Notes: generated by a model not told the origin, from the sequence alone. 64,000 nt of DNA from Octopus sinensis (GCF_006345805.1 NC_043003.1:57040001-57104000); one strand, 5' to 3'. Shown: positions 1 to 12,310, counted from the first letter of the stretch. Made by a program: numbers and translations.

Positions 1-688
1 CATATATATATTTAAAACGATGTATTCAAAGGGGTAACTTGACCTAAATTTATTCTGAACAATTCGAATCACTAGCATTCACTTTTAGGTCTCTTGGCCA
101 TTTAAAACGATTCCTCCAATATCCAGCTACAATCATACCACTACTGCATATGTGTGTGTGTGTGTGTGTGTGTGTTTGTGAGCGTGTGTGTGTATGTGAG
201 TGTGTGTGTATAGATAGGCGCATATAGTTACATCGAACTTCATTCTTTATCAAGTACCACATATTGGAGGAGGCTCTCAGTAATAACAATGTAGGAAAAC
301 AGAGGTGTATCAGAGTTTTAATGTTTGCTCATAGTACATTATTTACTTTCAGTAATATAAAATATGCGAAATCATTCAGAATAGTGTGCGAAGCCGTAAT
401 ATTACTAATGAGTATTTAGTGCCTATATATCCTTCTAGCAGACCCTGATGTTTATATATCCTGTATGATGCTATATATTAAACGCAACTTAGAAATATTT
501 CTCAGAAAACTCCGTTCATTTCTGAAATATCTGATTCTAAATTTTGCCAGTGTATTTTAAATTATTAATTATGTGAAAACAAACAGATCTAAAAAAAGGA
601 AATCTATTTGAATTTTTATGATTTTGGACGAAAATGCTTAAATTATGAACTTTGATTTGATATCTGTTCATAGATAAAACAAAATTAA

Positions 689-786
689 GATGGCCGCTCA
701 CTATCAAGGAATACGAACCTTCGTTTCAGCACACTAAACTAATTAGAACGCTTTCGTCTCTTCCACCTTGGCAAAGAATGGCCACC
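689..786 (-). ncRNA. Pol III-like ~100-nt ncRNA family member (GGTGGCC variant), partly degenerate stem
   Basis: Minus strand: TATAAAT at -31, CTATTTTGC, GGTGGCCATTCT...TTGCCAAGGTGGAAGAG (A-box-like)...GAAGGTTCGTATTCC (B-box-like)...GGCCATC, then T-rich tail. Confidence 0.45.
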
Positions 787-854
787 GATTCGGTTGTTGC
801 AAAATAGTAAATTTATAAGTATATGAACACACACACATCACACACACACACACA

Positions 855-905
<51 letters not shown>

Positions 906-1499
906 TACACACACACACACAACGCACATTTTACACATGTATACTTTCATATATGTATTTATAAATGCTTGCATACATACGCATACGCATATCTTTCTCT
1001 CTCTCGCTCTCTCTCTCTATCTACCTATCTACCTATCTGTCTGTCTGTCTATCTATCGATATATATATATATATATATATGGGTGTGTGTATTATGCATT
1101 TCTATATATGTGATTGGGTGTGTGAATGTGTCCTTTTATGTGAGGGTTTGTGTGCGTATGTGTTGTGTGTGTTTGTGTGTGCCTGTGTTTGCCTGTGCGT
1201 GTGAACTCCTGTGGTTGACTATAAGATATATTCAGAGCGCGATCGCTACATCATGGCTACAATCAGTAAAACAACCCATTCCAAGTTTTTCTGGTCCAAT
1301 CAGCTGTAGATTGGTACGCCTCAGCGGGAGAATGTGTGGCTGCTCGCATAGCCAGCGTGGTAGCATCATTCAAAAGCTAAAACTATGCGATGTGCATTGT
1401 GATCAGCAATGCATAACAATAATCTGATAGACCCATGGTTTATACTATAATATATGTATATATATATATATATGATTAAGTAAAATGAATCGCCAAATC

Positions 1500-3370
1500 A
1501 ATATGGCTGTTCAATGATACCTCTGTTTTAAAACCAAGGCAGATATTCTGCCAGCTGGTTATAGGTGCATTCTGCACCCTGTATATATTGCAAGCAGGGT
1601 AGCGAGCCGCTACCACCCTGCGGCAGACGACGGGATCGTGTAACTAACTAGGTTTCCAGCTAGATTTGCTCATATTCGTCAGAAATACCCGGTCGCTAGA
1701 GAAATGGCCAGAGTCCGCTCCAGCAAGTAATATGTAGAAAAGAAAGCGACCATAGGTCATATAGATGAATGACAAAATATCCTTGCAATTTATACTGGTG
1801 TTCCTGCTGTCATTCTGAAGCTCAGTCTATCATACTGTTGTGGTCCGCAATAAAGAATTAATTTACATTATTTACGCTTGTTTATATCACTGCATTAGGT
1901 TATTGGAACTAGCTATGCATGTCAGCTCCTTTGTGCCACAGGTCTATTTACACTATTTACATTATTTACACTCGACGGATATTTGTCTTCGTCTTGTTCT
2001 ACATATCGCCCACCAGACTTTACATTTCTTTCAAAAATTTGTTATGAGCTGTAATAATAGAAATTGGCTATGCAACTGTGATACGAAAATAAAAAGATAT
2101 GTAAATATTATCCAAAATAGGAAGGATATAGATTAATTTAAGCTCTGAGAAAATTATTGGTGTCACCTTAACATTATGGAGGAACACTACGTTAGTTGTA
2201 AAGCAAAGATCCAGAATAATTTTCCTTTTGTTGGGTTGGAGCACTATTTGCTCCATAAAGAGTATACTTGTAAGATCAAGCAGATGTTCCACGTTTCTGA
2301 GGCCGTGAAGTAACATACCTGAGAAAAAGTGGCGTATGTTTCGCAGAAAACTACAGACATAGAGGCATGTAGAAGCACCCAACTCCCCTTCAGCCTGAAC
2401 TTTCACAAAGTTGATTGGAAATGTATTCAGAAAGAGATCATGGAACAGAAATGTTTTACCACCGTTCTACTCGATATATTGACATGATGCTACTCCTCTT
2501 TATGAGAATCATGCACGACGTAGGCAGTAAGTTTTCTCCAGAGAGAATACCAAACCTCCTATAGATATGCCAAAGGTTCTGCTTCTGTATGGTACAAGAT
2601 AGGGCCACTGTTCGAAGAATATGTCTCGCCGAGTGCTGACCACCAGAGTAGCTATGAAATTCTGAATGTGCGATACAAAAGTGTTGTTTTTATCACTGCA
2701 TTGGATTATTGGAACTAGCTATGCCTGTGAGCTCCTTTGTGCCACAGGTCTACACCATCAAATTGCTCTTATTGATAGCATCAAAATAGTGGAAATAGGA
2801 GTAATATCGGCCATAGACGAAATTAGCTCAAAAGCAGCTACAGGCTCTGATGGATTTCTAGATGTCGTTCTAAAGAAATACAAAGGCGCTCTATCAACAC
2901 CACTTTAGATTTCCTTCAAGAGATTCCTCGTAACTGGGAGATTTCCTCAAAAATTTAAAGGAAGGCATATTTCCTATCTATAAAGGAGATAGCAGAGTAG
3001 ATGTTAAAAATTATAGAGCTTTCCCTCTAGCCTCCCATATGAAACGCATTATCAAGAAACAACTGATTACTACTTGACAACAAGCATGGCTTTGCTCAGA
3101 ATGAAGCTGCCTGGCGCAGCATTTGCAAGACTATGTTGAAACAAATAATGATTTGCTCAAATGCTGAAGTGATATATCTCAAACTTGCAAAGGCCTTTGA
3201 CAATGCTAAAAGCTGAAAAGACCCGGCATAAGCGGAACACTGCGAGGTTGGTTGCCTGTCTTCTTAAAAGACAGAAGCCAGGCTGTGGAAGCCAATTGAA
3301 CCCCCTTCAAGGAGACAAAAATAGACCAACACTGGCGCCCCTGAGGGTAATATTCACTGGGAACGCATAA
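1500..3370 (+). mobile_element. Decayed CR1/L2-like LINE (endonuclease-linker and RT fragments), interrupted by short insertions
   Basis: RT-like peptides IFPIYKGDSRVDVKNYR (~2968-3020) and NAEVIYLKLAKAFDN (~3160-3205), with frameshifts; upstream part matches fragments at 23570-24440 (+), 34300-35200 (-) and 52400-53500 (-). Confidence 0.7.
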
Positions 3371-4382
3371 GAATCCTTCTCATAGTTATTCATTTTGAAT
3401 TGTTATTATCTCATATCTGATTAACCTGTTATTTCGCAACATGCTTCCCGATTTTAGAATAGATTACTTATTAGTATTTCCTCCTATGTTCTATATACTC
3501 TAGGACCGCATAAAAACTTTTTAGGGGGCTATTTATTTGAATACTTATTATCGGGTAACTAATTTCATGTAACTAGCTGCACGATTTGGGTATCCATTAC
3601 TTATTGCGAATTCCTAATGAAAAGATCCTATATAAGGCAATTAGGTATTCTCTGTAATTGCACAAAAACCGTTTTAAGGGCCAGATACTTTGTATTGTTG
3701 TTATTGGATTAGCGAAACAATCATGTGGATGCAACCAATAGATAAGCCCGGCTTTCCCGGGAGTTACAGGCTACGTCATATATATATATATATATATAAT
3801 GTCTGAGTGTGCACCGTAGAACCTGCATTGCAAGAAGCTAGAGTCAAAGATTCTTATAGCTACATAAACTACATTGACTAATCACTGACACAGGAGAAAA
3901 CTTATTCCCTCGCAGCGAGCGACGTCCATATAATACCAAGCTACTTTCGCTTGGAATTATAGCCCTTCAATAGTGATCACTGCATCGCTGATGATTACGG
4001 TAATTCCTTCCTATCAGTAAATAGTATTTACCAGGTAAATCAATGTATGATTCAACAATAATTGCAACGTGGAAATTATGAAATAACGAAGGTGGCTAGA
4101 ATCGATATAAAATCAAAAGGATAAAAAATTAATTAGTTGTCGCTATGGTGTACGAGGTTAGCACGTACACTGCAAGGAGTAAGTGTCGAAAACTCTTACA
4201 GACATGACCTATTCAATCAATAAGCTACAAACACACACACATAACTGTATATGTGGATAGATATACATGCATGCATTTATACATACTTATGTGCACGTTT
4301 ACATGTGTAAAACACGGAAGATGTGTCTGCATAGGTATGGACGCATATATGTATAAATATACTATTTTGGTATAAAAGAACA

Positions 4383-4484
4383 GGTGGCCACTGCTTGCCA
4401 AGGTGGAAGAACTGGGCGTGTACTCATCAAAGAGTTTAGTACGCTGAAACGCAGGTTCGTATTCCTTAGTTGGTAGTGTCTCCC
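4383..4484 (+). ncRNA. Pol III-like ~102-nt ncRNA family member (GGTGGCC variant)
   Basis: GGTATGG at 4334 (-49), TATAAATA at 4352 (-31), GGTGGCCACTGC, TTGCCAAGGTGGAAGAAC, GCAGGTTCGTATTCC, partly paired 3' strand, TTTATTTTT. Confidence 0.5.
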
Positions 4485-5009
4485 TGAATTTATTTTTACT
4501 TATATGAAGTCAAAATTTATAATCAATGAATGAATTTCTATCCAAAATCATGTAACGTCATATCATTCCACCTTTTTGCCATTTATTTTAGAATAATTAA
4601 TAACTTCGAATAAGTAAACAAAATGCATGGTGTCATATCTCACAAACTAACGGGGTTTATGGGGGATATTTTAAACTAAGTTTTAATACACAACGGCATA
4701 CAGAAAAGATGACCATTGGTGCCAAGTCTACGAAAATAAAGACGTTACATAGTTATTTGTAATATTACGGCTTTTGCCATTTCCTGAAAAATTTTGCCAA
4801 ATTTTTAATTATTAATAAAAATCAAAGTACAATAACCGAACATTAAAACTCTTAGTGTAATAGGCAATCGATAATTTCAGTGAGTTCTTCCTGCATGCGT
4901 TTTGTCAAACGAACTAAACTCTTTTTCTATTTTGTGTAATAGTTACATTGTTAATACAGTTCTATATTTAAGAGATGAGGAATTACACTATTTACATTAT
5001 TTACACTTT

Positions 5010-5335
5010 TACATTATTTACGCTTGTTTATAACACTGCATTGGGTTATTGGAACTAGCTATGCCTGTGAGCTCCTTTGTGCCACAGGTCTATTTACACT
5101 ATTTACATTATTTACACTTGACGGATATTTGTCTTCGTCTTGTTCGTTCTTAACACAACGTTTCGGCTGATATACTCTTCAGTCTTAATCAGGTGTCTTG
5201 GGGGAAATTTTGAACCTGGGTTCTCATTCCTAAGGTTTTCCTTAAGAATGAGAATCCAGGTTCGAAATTTCCCCAAACAAAATGTGGACAAATATCCGCC
5301 AAATCTCAATAATGTAAATAATGTAGTTACATTGT
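5010..5335 (-). mobile_element. Short dispersed repeat, probably Penelope-LTR-derived, with internal hairpin and degenerate hammerhead core
   Basis: Near-identical fragments at 1865-1997 and ~2690-2750; ~35-bp-arm hairpin at 5201-5274; minus-strand CTGATTA..AGACTG..CAGCC-GAAAC at 5154-5195. Confidence 0.5.
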
Positions 5336-5431
5336 TATTGTATTAATTTATCAATTACATACCCATTTTAATATTATGATTGAAAAACACCATTTTGAAA
5401 CATTTCGCACATACTAAGAAATAAACTTTTG

Positions 5432-5533
5432 AGTATCCATTATTTCGAAAGGAATACGATCGTGCATTTCTGTGTACTAAACTCAGAAAGCATAATGCGC
5501 TCGGCTCTTCCACCTTGCGAAACAGTAGTTATC
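5432..5533 (-). ncRNA. Pol III-like ncRNA family member, degenerate (tandem copy 1 of 3)
   Basis: CTATTTTGC upstream; TCGCAAGGTGGAAGAGC; GCACGATCGTATTCC; ATAATGGATACT; 102 nt. Confidence 0.4.
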
Positions 5534-5754
5534 TGCCCTGCTTCCGCAAAATAGTGTGAACATTAAATCTTTTAGTATCATAAGAACAAGTGCATATTTC
5601 CTGCAAACGATTTTTTTTTAATAACAACTAAGCTATTCATTCAATTTCTTATAATAGTTATATATCTTTATATTTTGTATCACATTTATATAGCTGTTTG
5701 TGAAATTGCAGCTATTTTGAAAAGATTTCGCAAATAACAAAAGAAAAAAAAACG

Positions 5755-5876
5755 GGTAACTATTATTTCGGAAGGAATGCAAGCGTTCACTGTAGAGCAT
5801 TAATCATCATTGCAGAGTTTTGAACTCTGTAATCAGAATGCTGTCAGCTCTTCCCCCTTCGAAAACAGTGGCTAGC
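5755..5876 (-). ncRNA. Pol III-like ncRNA family member with ~20-nt internal insertion (tandem copy 2 of 3)
   Basis: TATAAAG upstream; GCTAGCCACTGT...ATAATAGTTACC, then CGTTTTTTTTT; B-box degenerate. Confidence 0.4.
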
Positions 5877-6183
5877 TGTTCGTATTTCTCAAAATACAAC
5901 TTTATAAATATATGCATCCATAACTACGTAGGCACGAACACACACACACACTGCATTACATATATTATTCGTATATACGCTCATATAAATATACATTAAT
6001 GCGTGCATTCATACAAACATATGTATACACACGACTTTTAATTACAATTGAACTATCCTTTCTAGTGTTGCCTTTTTGGGATTTCTTTTTTTTTTTTTTG
6101 CCTGACATACTGATTTCTAATATTACAGTGGATAACACTATTTTGAAAGATTTTGGACACATTAAAAAAAAAAAAACAATTCT

Positions 6184-6285
6184 GGCAGCCATTATTTCGG
6201 AAGGAATGTGAACCTGCTTTGCAAAGCATTGCAGACTACAATTAGAATTCGCTCGATTCTCCAAACTTCGCAAACAGTGAATTCC
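6184..6285 (-). ncRNA. Pol III-like ncRNA family member (tandem copy 3 of 3)
   Basis: GGAATTCACTGT / ATAATGGCTGCC (9 of 12 pairs); GCAGGTTCACATTCC; downstream T-run; 102 nt. Confidence 0.45.
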
Positions 6286-6341
6286 TGTTTGTCCTTTGCA
6301 AAGTAGTATATTTATGAGTTTAGGCTTCCATAACTATGCAC

Positions 6342-6390
<49 letters not shown>

Positions 6391-6559
6391 TACACACAAA
6401 CGCACACACTCACACAAACACACTCTGACCGTGTCACATATATTGGCAGGCAGACCGGCCGCCTTTCTGCTAGTCACACAATAATATTTCCACATTTGTT
6501 TCCCAACTTTAATAATTTTTATGATATTTTATTTCTAATTATTTCTTTGTAAAATAGTG

Positions 6560-7150
6560 CTCACTTGCTTAATGAGTATTGCTTTCATTATTTTATCACA
6601 GTCATAATCTCTCTGTGTCAGCATATACAAAATCACATAGATCTGAAAGAGTACTACTTTCAAAGCAAAGGGCATTGCGTAGTTTGATTTTGAATTCATC
6701 TAGGCTTTGTTTAACAGAAATATTACCATTTCCTACATCAAGAAGGTAATTAGCAAACTCTCTTTCATCAGAATGACTGGCCTTCCGTTTGGTTGTCAAC
6801 TCCACTACTTCCACACAGGTAACATCTCTTTGGCGTTGCATCAACAATTAGTTATCTGACACCATTATTTTGAAGTACACTATTCTCCTCTCGAGATACC
6901 CTAACCAGTCGTTCATGTGCAGCAGAAACAGAATCATGTTCACGGCTCCGTGCATATTCAGTCATCTGTTTCAGTCACTTTGCCCTGGTTTCATCTGATT
7001 GAGTTGCACGTCATTCTCTCTGGAATTGTGCTTTTGCTGCTGAATTTTCTTTTTAGTCGCATAGAATGCTCGTTAAAACCTATATCGTTTAGCGTGCTAG
7101 CGAAATCAGCGATTCCATAGTTATTATTGTAAGTCGTTTATAGCGTTGCA
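6560..7150 (-). mobile_element. Helitron PIF1-like helicase fragment
   Basis: ORF 6602-6847 (-) VVELTTKRKASHSDEREFANYLLDVGNG resembles the L-x-x-NMR...FA-x-x-LL-x-IG-x-G segment of Helitron helicases. Confidence 0.55.
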
Positions 7151-7775
7151 AGTAGTCATACCAACAAAATCACTTCTTCATTTGAGAAAAGAAAGAATTA
7201 TACCGGTATATTAAGGAATTTTTATTTCATCAAAATTATTCAGTTAACAAACTCTGGAAACTGATAAAATTCTTGAAAGTATGTCTCGTTGTATATTTAT
7301 ATAGCTATTATTAAATCATCATTAATGGAAATAAAAGCGAGCAAGAATGAGAGACTGTTCCAAATAAAAACGTAAAATGTTGCCTGCAGCGAATTACTAC
7401 TGTGTATAATGCAACATTAAAATGTACTCTGTAGTGAATGCAATGTATATTTAAATATATGAAGAACTAGACACAGTGAATGCAATGAATATTTGAATTT
7501 GCGAGAATTTGAAGTTTTTAAAAAATTCATTAAACTTCAGGCATCAAAATTACATATGTTTTTTAGAACAAAATTGTTCATCAACTCACGAAATTGCCCT
7601 TTAACTAATGTGACGTGCTTCGCATGAGGGTGTTAATGGTATCTCGGCATACATGAGTAATCTATACTATAATGGAGAAAACGTCTTATTAATTAGGTAC
7701 GTAACAATTACTAAAAGTACTAAAAGAAAGCAATATTAAAAGTTTAACCGTCTGGAAATACGTATTATATATATT

Positions 7776-8221
7776 AACAACTTATAAACAAGAGTAATAG
7801 AAAAACTTCTAATGCCAAATATGCCGAAAATAGACAAATCGTCAATAATCATATACTGTATCACTATAACCACGCGTCTCAAAGCAAGCCCACAGAAATT
7901 TCTAAAACATTCCGTTATTATCGTATCAGTATCAGTATCGTATCAGTCCCAATTTCAGAGTTAATTCATAGGAATTTTTTCCTTGTCAGCGATAAACACG
8001 GTAAGGAATAAATGAAATTCTTACTTATACCCATGGAAGAAGCAAACACTAAGTCATCAGCACACTTAAGTACACCAAATCAGAATTTTTTAGAAATTTC
8101 TGTCGGCTTGCTTCGAGACGCGTGCTTATAGGGATAAATTATATGGTTATTGACAATTTATCTATTTTCGGCATATTTGGCATTAGAATTTTTTTTCTTT
8201 TGCCCTTCTTTATAAGTTGTT
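7776..8221. mobile_element. MITE-like element with ~135-bp imperfect terminal inverted repeats
   Basis: 7776-7912 is the reverse complement of ~8081-8221 (e.g. CTAATGCCAAATATGCCGAAAATAGA / TCTATTTTCGGCATATTTGGCATTAG). Confidence 0.65.
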
Positions 8222-8292
8222 TATAAATTTACCCTTTAAAGGTATTTTTTAATATGCTGGCAATTGATAGAATTTTTTCGAAAAATGTTATC

Positions 8293-8368
<76 letters not shown>

Positions 8369-8516
8369 TATATACATACGCATATGTACATAGTTACATG
8401 CATATTCATATGCATATGTGGGCACAGGACGCCACAAAACATAAACATAAAAAATACGATGTACTAGGACTTATACATATATACGAGGACATACACACAC
8501 ATACACACACATACAC

Positions 8517-8562
<46 letters not shown>

Positions 8563-8589
8563 TGTATATTTATATATATATTTTTATGG

Positions 8590-8830
8590 CCCCTTCAGAT
8601 ATGCCCTCAAGTGCCGAAAGTCTCGCAGAAAATGCAGAACTCCAGCGAAGTTGCACACCTGCAGCAACTGTTGGACTCAATTTACGGATGGGCTGAGGAA
8701 AATGATATGCATTATAATGCTGAAAAGATCGAAGCCCTGCGCTACCAGCCTCCAGAACTGAATATATAACTTACAGAGTACAAATTTTCTATAGGAGATT
8801 ACAATCCCAGAGCCTAAATCTGTGATGAAC
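8590..8830 (+). mobile_element. CR1/L2-like LINE RT fragment
   Basis: [32 protein letters not shown], typical of late RT domains (LQ-x-DL-x-x-I-x-x-W-x-x-x-N-x-M-x-FN-x-x-K). Confidence 0.6.
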
Positions 8831-9155
8831 AATGTAAAATTAACAGCGGATCTTGAAGCAATACGCGAAGCTTCACAAAGAAGATCGCCCCATTGCGAAA
8901 TCTCACAGGAAAGAAAAGAGGTAAAAATCTCGGGTAACCATTTCTTTGGAAGGTATACGGACCTAGCATACCAGAGATTTGAAAGATCTAATTAGAATGC
9001 TCTCACCTCATAGCAAAGAGTGGTTACCATTTCGTCTTCTTCAAAATAGTACTTTATAAATATATCTACCATACCTACACACACACACACACACACACAT
9101 GTTACATCTTATAACACTATTTTGAAAGATATTGCAGATACGAAAAAAAAATTCT

Positions 9156-9257
9156 GGTTACCATTAGTATGGAAGGAATACGAACCTACATTGCAGATAT
9201 TTACATGCTATAAATAGATTGCGTTCGGCTCTATCACCTTCGCTGCCAATGGTGACC
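9156..9257 (-). ncRNA. Pol III-like 102-nt ncRNA family member, apparently intact
   Basis: GGTATGG at -48; TATATATA at -31; GGTCACCATTGG / CTAATGGTAACC (11 of 12 pairs); CAGCGAAGGTGATAGAGC; GTAGGTTCGTATTCC; AGAA then T9. Confidence 0.6.
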
Positions 9258-9489
9258 TGTCTTTTCTCTGCAAAATAGTTATATATAAGCATATGAGTCC
9301 ATACCTATGCACACACAGAAACGCACACTGACGCCATTATATATATATTACTATTGCCTACGTACATTTAAGTATGGTTTAACGCATGTATGCGTACATG
9401 CATACATACTTACACACATATATATAGATGCGTGTAAACGCATTATCTCACATTGTCTATATATGTATAAGTGTGTGTATGCATTTGCT

Positions 9490-9745
9490 AGTGTGAGGGC
9501 ACGTGGACCCGTGGGTAAGTTATTGCACATATGATCGCTAAATTAGAAGTTCGATTTCGGACAGTCCAGCGTTTAGATTCTTGGGTAAGACCCACATCAT
9601 TTCACTTTGTACCAGTTCACTCAGTTGTAGCAGGTATCTCCGTGGAGGGAAATAAAAGGCACTTCACCTAGCCAGTCTGATGCTTTCACTCAGATGACGT
9701 AAACAATATAAAGCGCATTGTGTCTTGCATTGTATAACCGCATCC
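9490..9745 (+). mobile_element. tRNA-derived SINE (degenerate); related copies at 1100-1430, 13640-13915, 15290-15460 (-), 23130-23400, 35400-35620 (-), 53730-53900 (-), 54620-54850 (-)
   Basis: tRNA-like head (GGCACGTGGACCCGTGGGTAAG...GTTCGATTTC) and shared 3' tail AAGCGCATTGTG...GCAT. Confidence 0.6.
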
Positions 9746-9766
9746 CTTATTTAATATTTGATACCA

Positions 9767-9811
<45 letters not shown>

Positions 9812-9818
<7 letters not shown>

Positions 9819-10898
9819 ACGAGGGGGGACCTCTGTCGAACTGTTACGGAATCCCCCACACACAGGCCCGTTCGATGCCGCGAATAAGCTACGGAAACTC
9901 GGAGAGGAGAGAGACAACGACAACAACAGCAGCAGCAGCACTGAGGCAACCGAGAGAGACACAAAGAGGCAAGGCACAACTGGCTTACATTTAACAACTA
10001 GTTTATATGACAATCAATTGTTACAACATCAATTACATTTAAAGATACATTTAAAAGAGGACATGCAAGTAACAGAATCAACACATCATACAGGTATACC
10101 ACAGATCAAAGCATTTACACATGCAAGTAACAATATAACCGTCCGGTAACAACACATCAAGTTCAATACATCAGCATTTCAAAGGTACACGTCCGAAGAC
10201 ACAGTTCTATTTCAAAACACATCAACAAGTCATATACAGTTCAAAGGACATTACAGGCCTAACAGTTCAATGTTCAGTATACAATGTTCAAATCACAACA
10301 CTGTACACAATGTCTTTACACAATTCACATTGTTCTTTTCACTGTTTCATTTCTTTTCACTGTTCAATACATCAATTCCTTGTCCTTCTTTTTCTTCACA
10401 TATCAATACACAATTCACGTACCTTACATTAGCCAACGCCTCATATTGTACCTCATCTCCATCGCCGCCTATTCCTCTGTACATATCTCTCTCTGTCCCA
10501 ATACTCCAAGACCGCCGACTGCTTAAATTCCAACCGCTCGCCCTGACTCCCAAAAACCGACTGTTCGCTTTGACGACCGAATACCGACTGTTGCTCTATC
10601 ACAACCTTCAATCTGTCTCTGCCTGCTAATATCCTCTCTATCTGCTCTCAGATTCCTTACTCTGTCTTTCTCACTACTTCCTTCTTCCTCTTCTTCACTG
10701 TCACTAGATTCTTCCTTACTCTATCTTCCTCGGCCCTCACATCTCTTTGACCCCTAATCGACCGGCACAAAGCCAAAGGTCCCTCCAAAAACCATTACTC
10801 TTCCAGTAAACAAAGGGTTGTAGCCTTTTATTCCAGACTTGCAGGTGCCACTCCCAACAAAGTGGGTCAAGAAATACTGCACCAGCCGAACCATAACA
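9812..10898 (-). mobile_element. Possible solo LTR (~1.09 kb) inserted in (TA)n
   Basis: Unique segment bounded by TGTT(GTT)ACG...CATAACA (TG...CA, short terminal inverted repeat) and flanked by (AT)n on both sides; no coding motif. Confidence 0.4.
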
Positions 10899-10920
10899 AT
10901 ATATATATATATATATATAT

Positions 10921-10955
10921 ATAGTAGCTGTTGGACCCGGCTTTGCTCGTGTTTT
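10921..10955 (-). mobile_element. Possible non-autonomous Helitron 3' terminus
   Basis: Minus strand GAGCAAAGCCGGGTCCAACAGCTACT resembles a hairpin plus CTRR Helitron end. Confidence 0.3.
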
Positions 10956-11281
10956 CTGTGTTGAAATGAAGCCGACGTTTGACCTTGCTTTGAAATCTTC
11001 TACGTTCCTCGCCGGTTATTACCCATATATATATATACATATATTAAATCTCTGAGCGAGATGCTGTACGGCATTATAGAATACAATTGCCATCCAAGTG
11101 TGGCGTCCAATACTGCCCAGTGTTACTAACGCTTACAGCTGGCTAACGACACATATTTCACGTGTGATAACTTTTTGCGAGGGGAGGTAATCGGTCTCAT
11201 TCCTAGCCTTACGTGATACACACGAACTCGAGTTTCTGGTTAGTTAAACGTCCACAGCATGTGTGCCTGTATATGTATATG

Positions 11282-11376
<95 letters not shown>

Positions 11377-11579
11377 TGTAAATGTGCTATTAAGTTAGAC
11401 ATGGCCTGGGCCAATACTGGCCAAAACCTTTCTAAGTTAAGTTATATATATATATATGTATATATATATACATATATATGTATATATATATACATATATA
11501 TATATATAGATAGATAGATATAGACGAAATTCCCTTGATGAGCCTTACGCATCTCCACCTGAGTGAACTGGAAGAACCT

Positions 11580-11630
<51 letters not shown>

Positions 11631-11697
11631 TATATATGTATATAGATAGATATACATAGATAATGTGTGTTCGTATGTATATATGCATGCGAAAACA

Positions 11698-11800
11698 GGT
11701 GAGCACTGTTTGGTGAGGTTGATGAACCGATGCGCGTTCTATTTAGAGAGTTTGGTGCGCTCAAATCAGCGTTCTTATTCCTGTCTGGATAGTGCTCACC
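11698..11800 (+). ncRNA. Pol III-like ncRNA family member, subfamily a (intact stem, degenerate B-box and TATA)
   Basis: GGTGAGCACTGT / ATAGTGCTCACC pair 12 of 12 (one G-U); B-box GCGTTCTTATTCC; AGAATTTT; upstream CTATTTTGC block lost. Confidence 0.5.
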
Positions 11801-12099
11801 AGAATTTTGATTATACATTTTCTTTTTTTATTTATATATCAATTCAAACGTAATAAGTCTTGCATTTTTATCCAAAATCATACAAACTCAATTGGATCTA
11901 GTTTTTTGTCAGTATTTCAAATAATTTATAAGTTAAAATACGCAAGCAAAATTTTGAATCAGACATTTCAGAAATGGACTTAAAATGAGGAATATTTTAA
12001 GTTAATGTTTATTATACAACTTCATACAGTAGAGATAAACATATGTGCTAAGTCAAAAGATATTTAGACGCTACATAGTCATTTGAACTGTTACTGTTT

Positions 12100-12310
12100 C
12101 CTACACTGAATGAGTTTCAGTAAATAATGGACCCTGCCGCTAGTTTCGGAGTTCAAATTCCTCCGAGGTCGACTTAGCCTTTCATCTTTTCGTGGTCAAT
12201 TATGTAAGTACCAGTTATGCACTGGGGTTGATGTAATCGACTTAATGCCTTTGTCTCTATTTGTTTGTTCCCTCTATGATTAGCGGCCTGCAAGCAATAA
12301 AGAAATTAAT
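12100..12310 (+). mobile_element. Octopod tRNA-derived SINE carried in the duplicated cassette (also 16950-17110, 20700-20900 -, 22310-22480 -, 25340-25510, 33190-33340 -, 36390-36560, 37920-38100, 47540-47680 -)
   Basis: GAGTTCAAATTCC-CCGAGGTCGACTT-GCCTTTCATC...GTAATCGACTTAAT...TAAAGAAAT body; copies share the same flanks, so they were co-duplicated. Confidence 0.75.
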
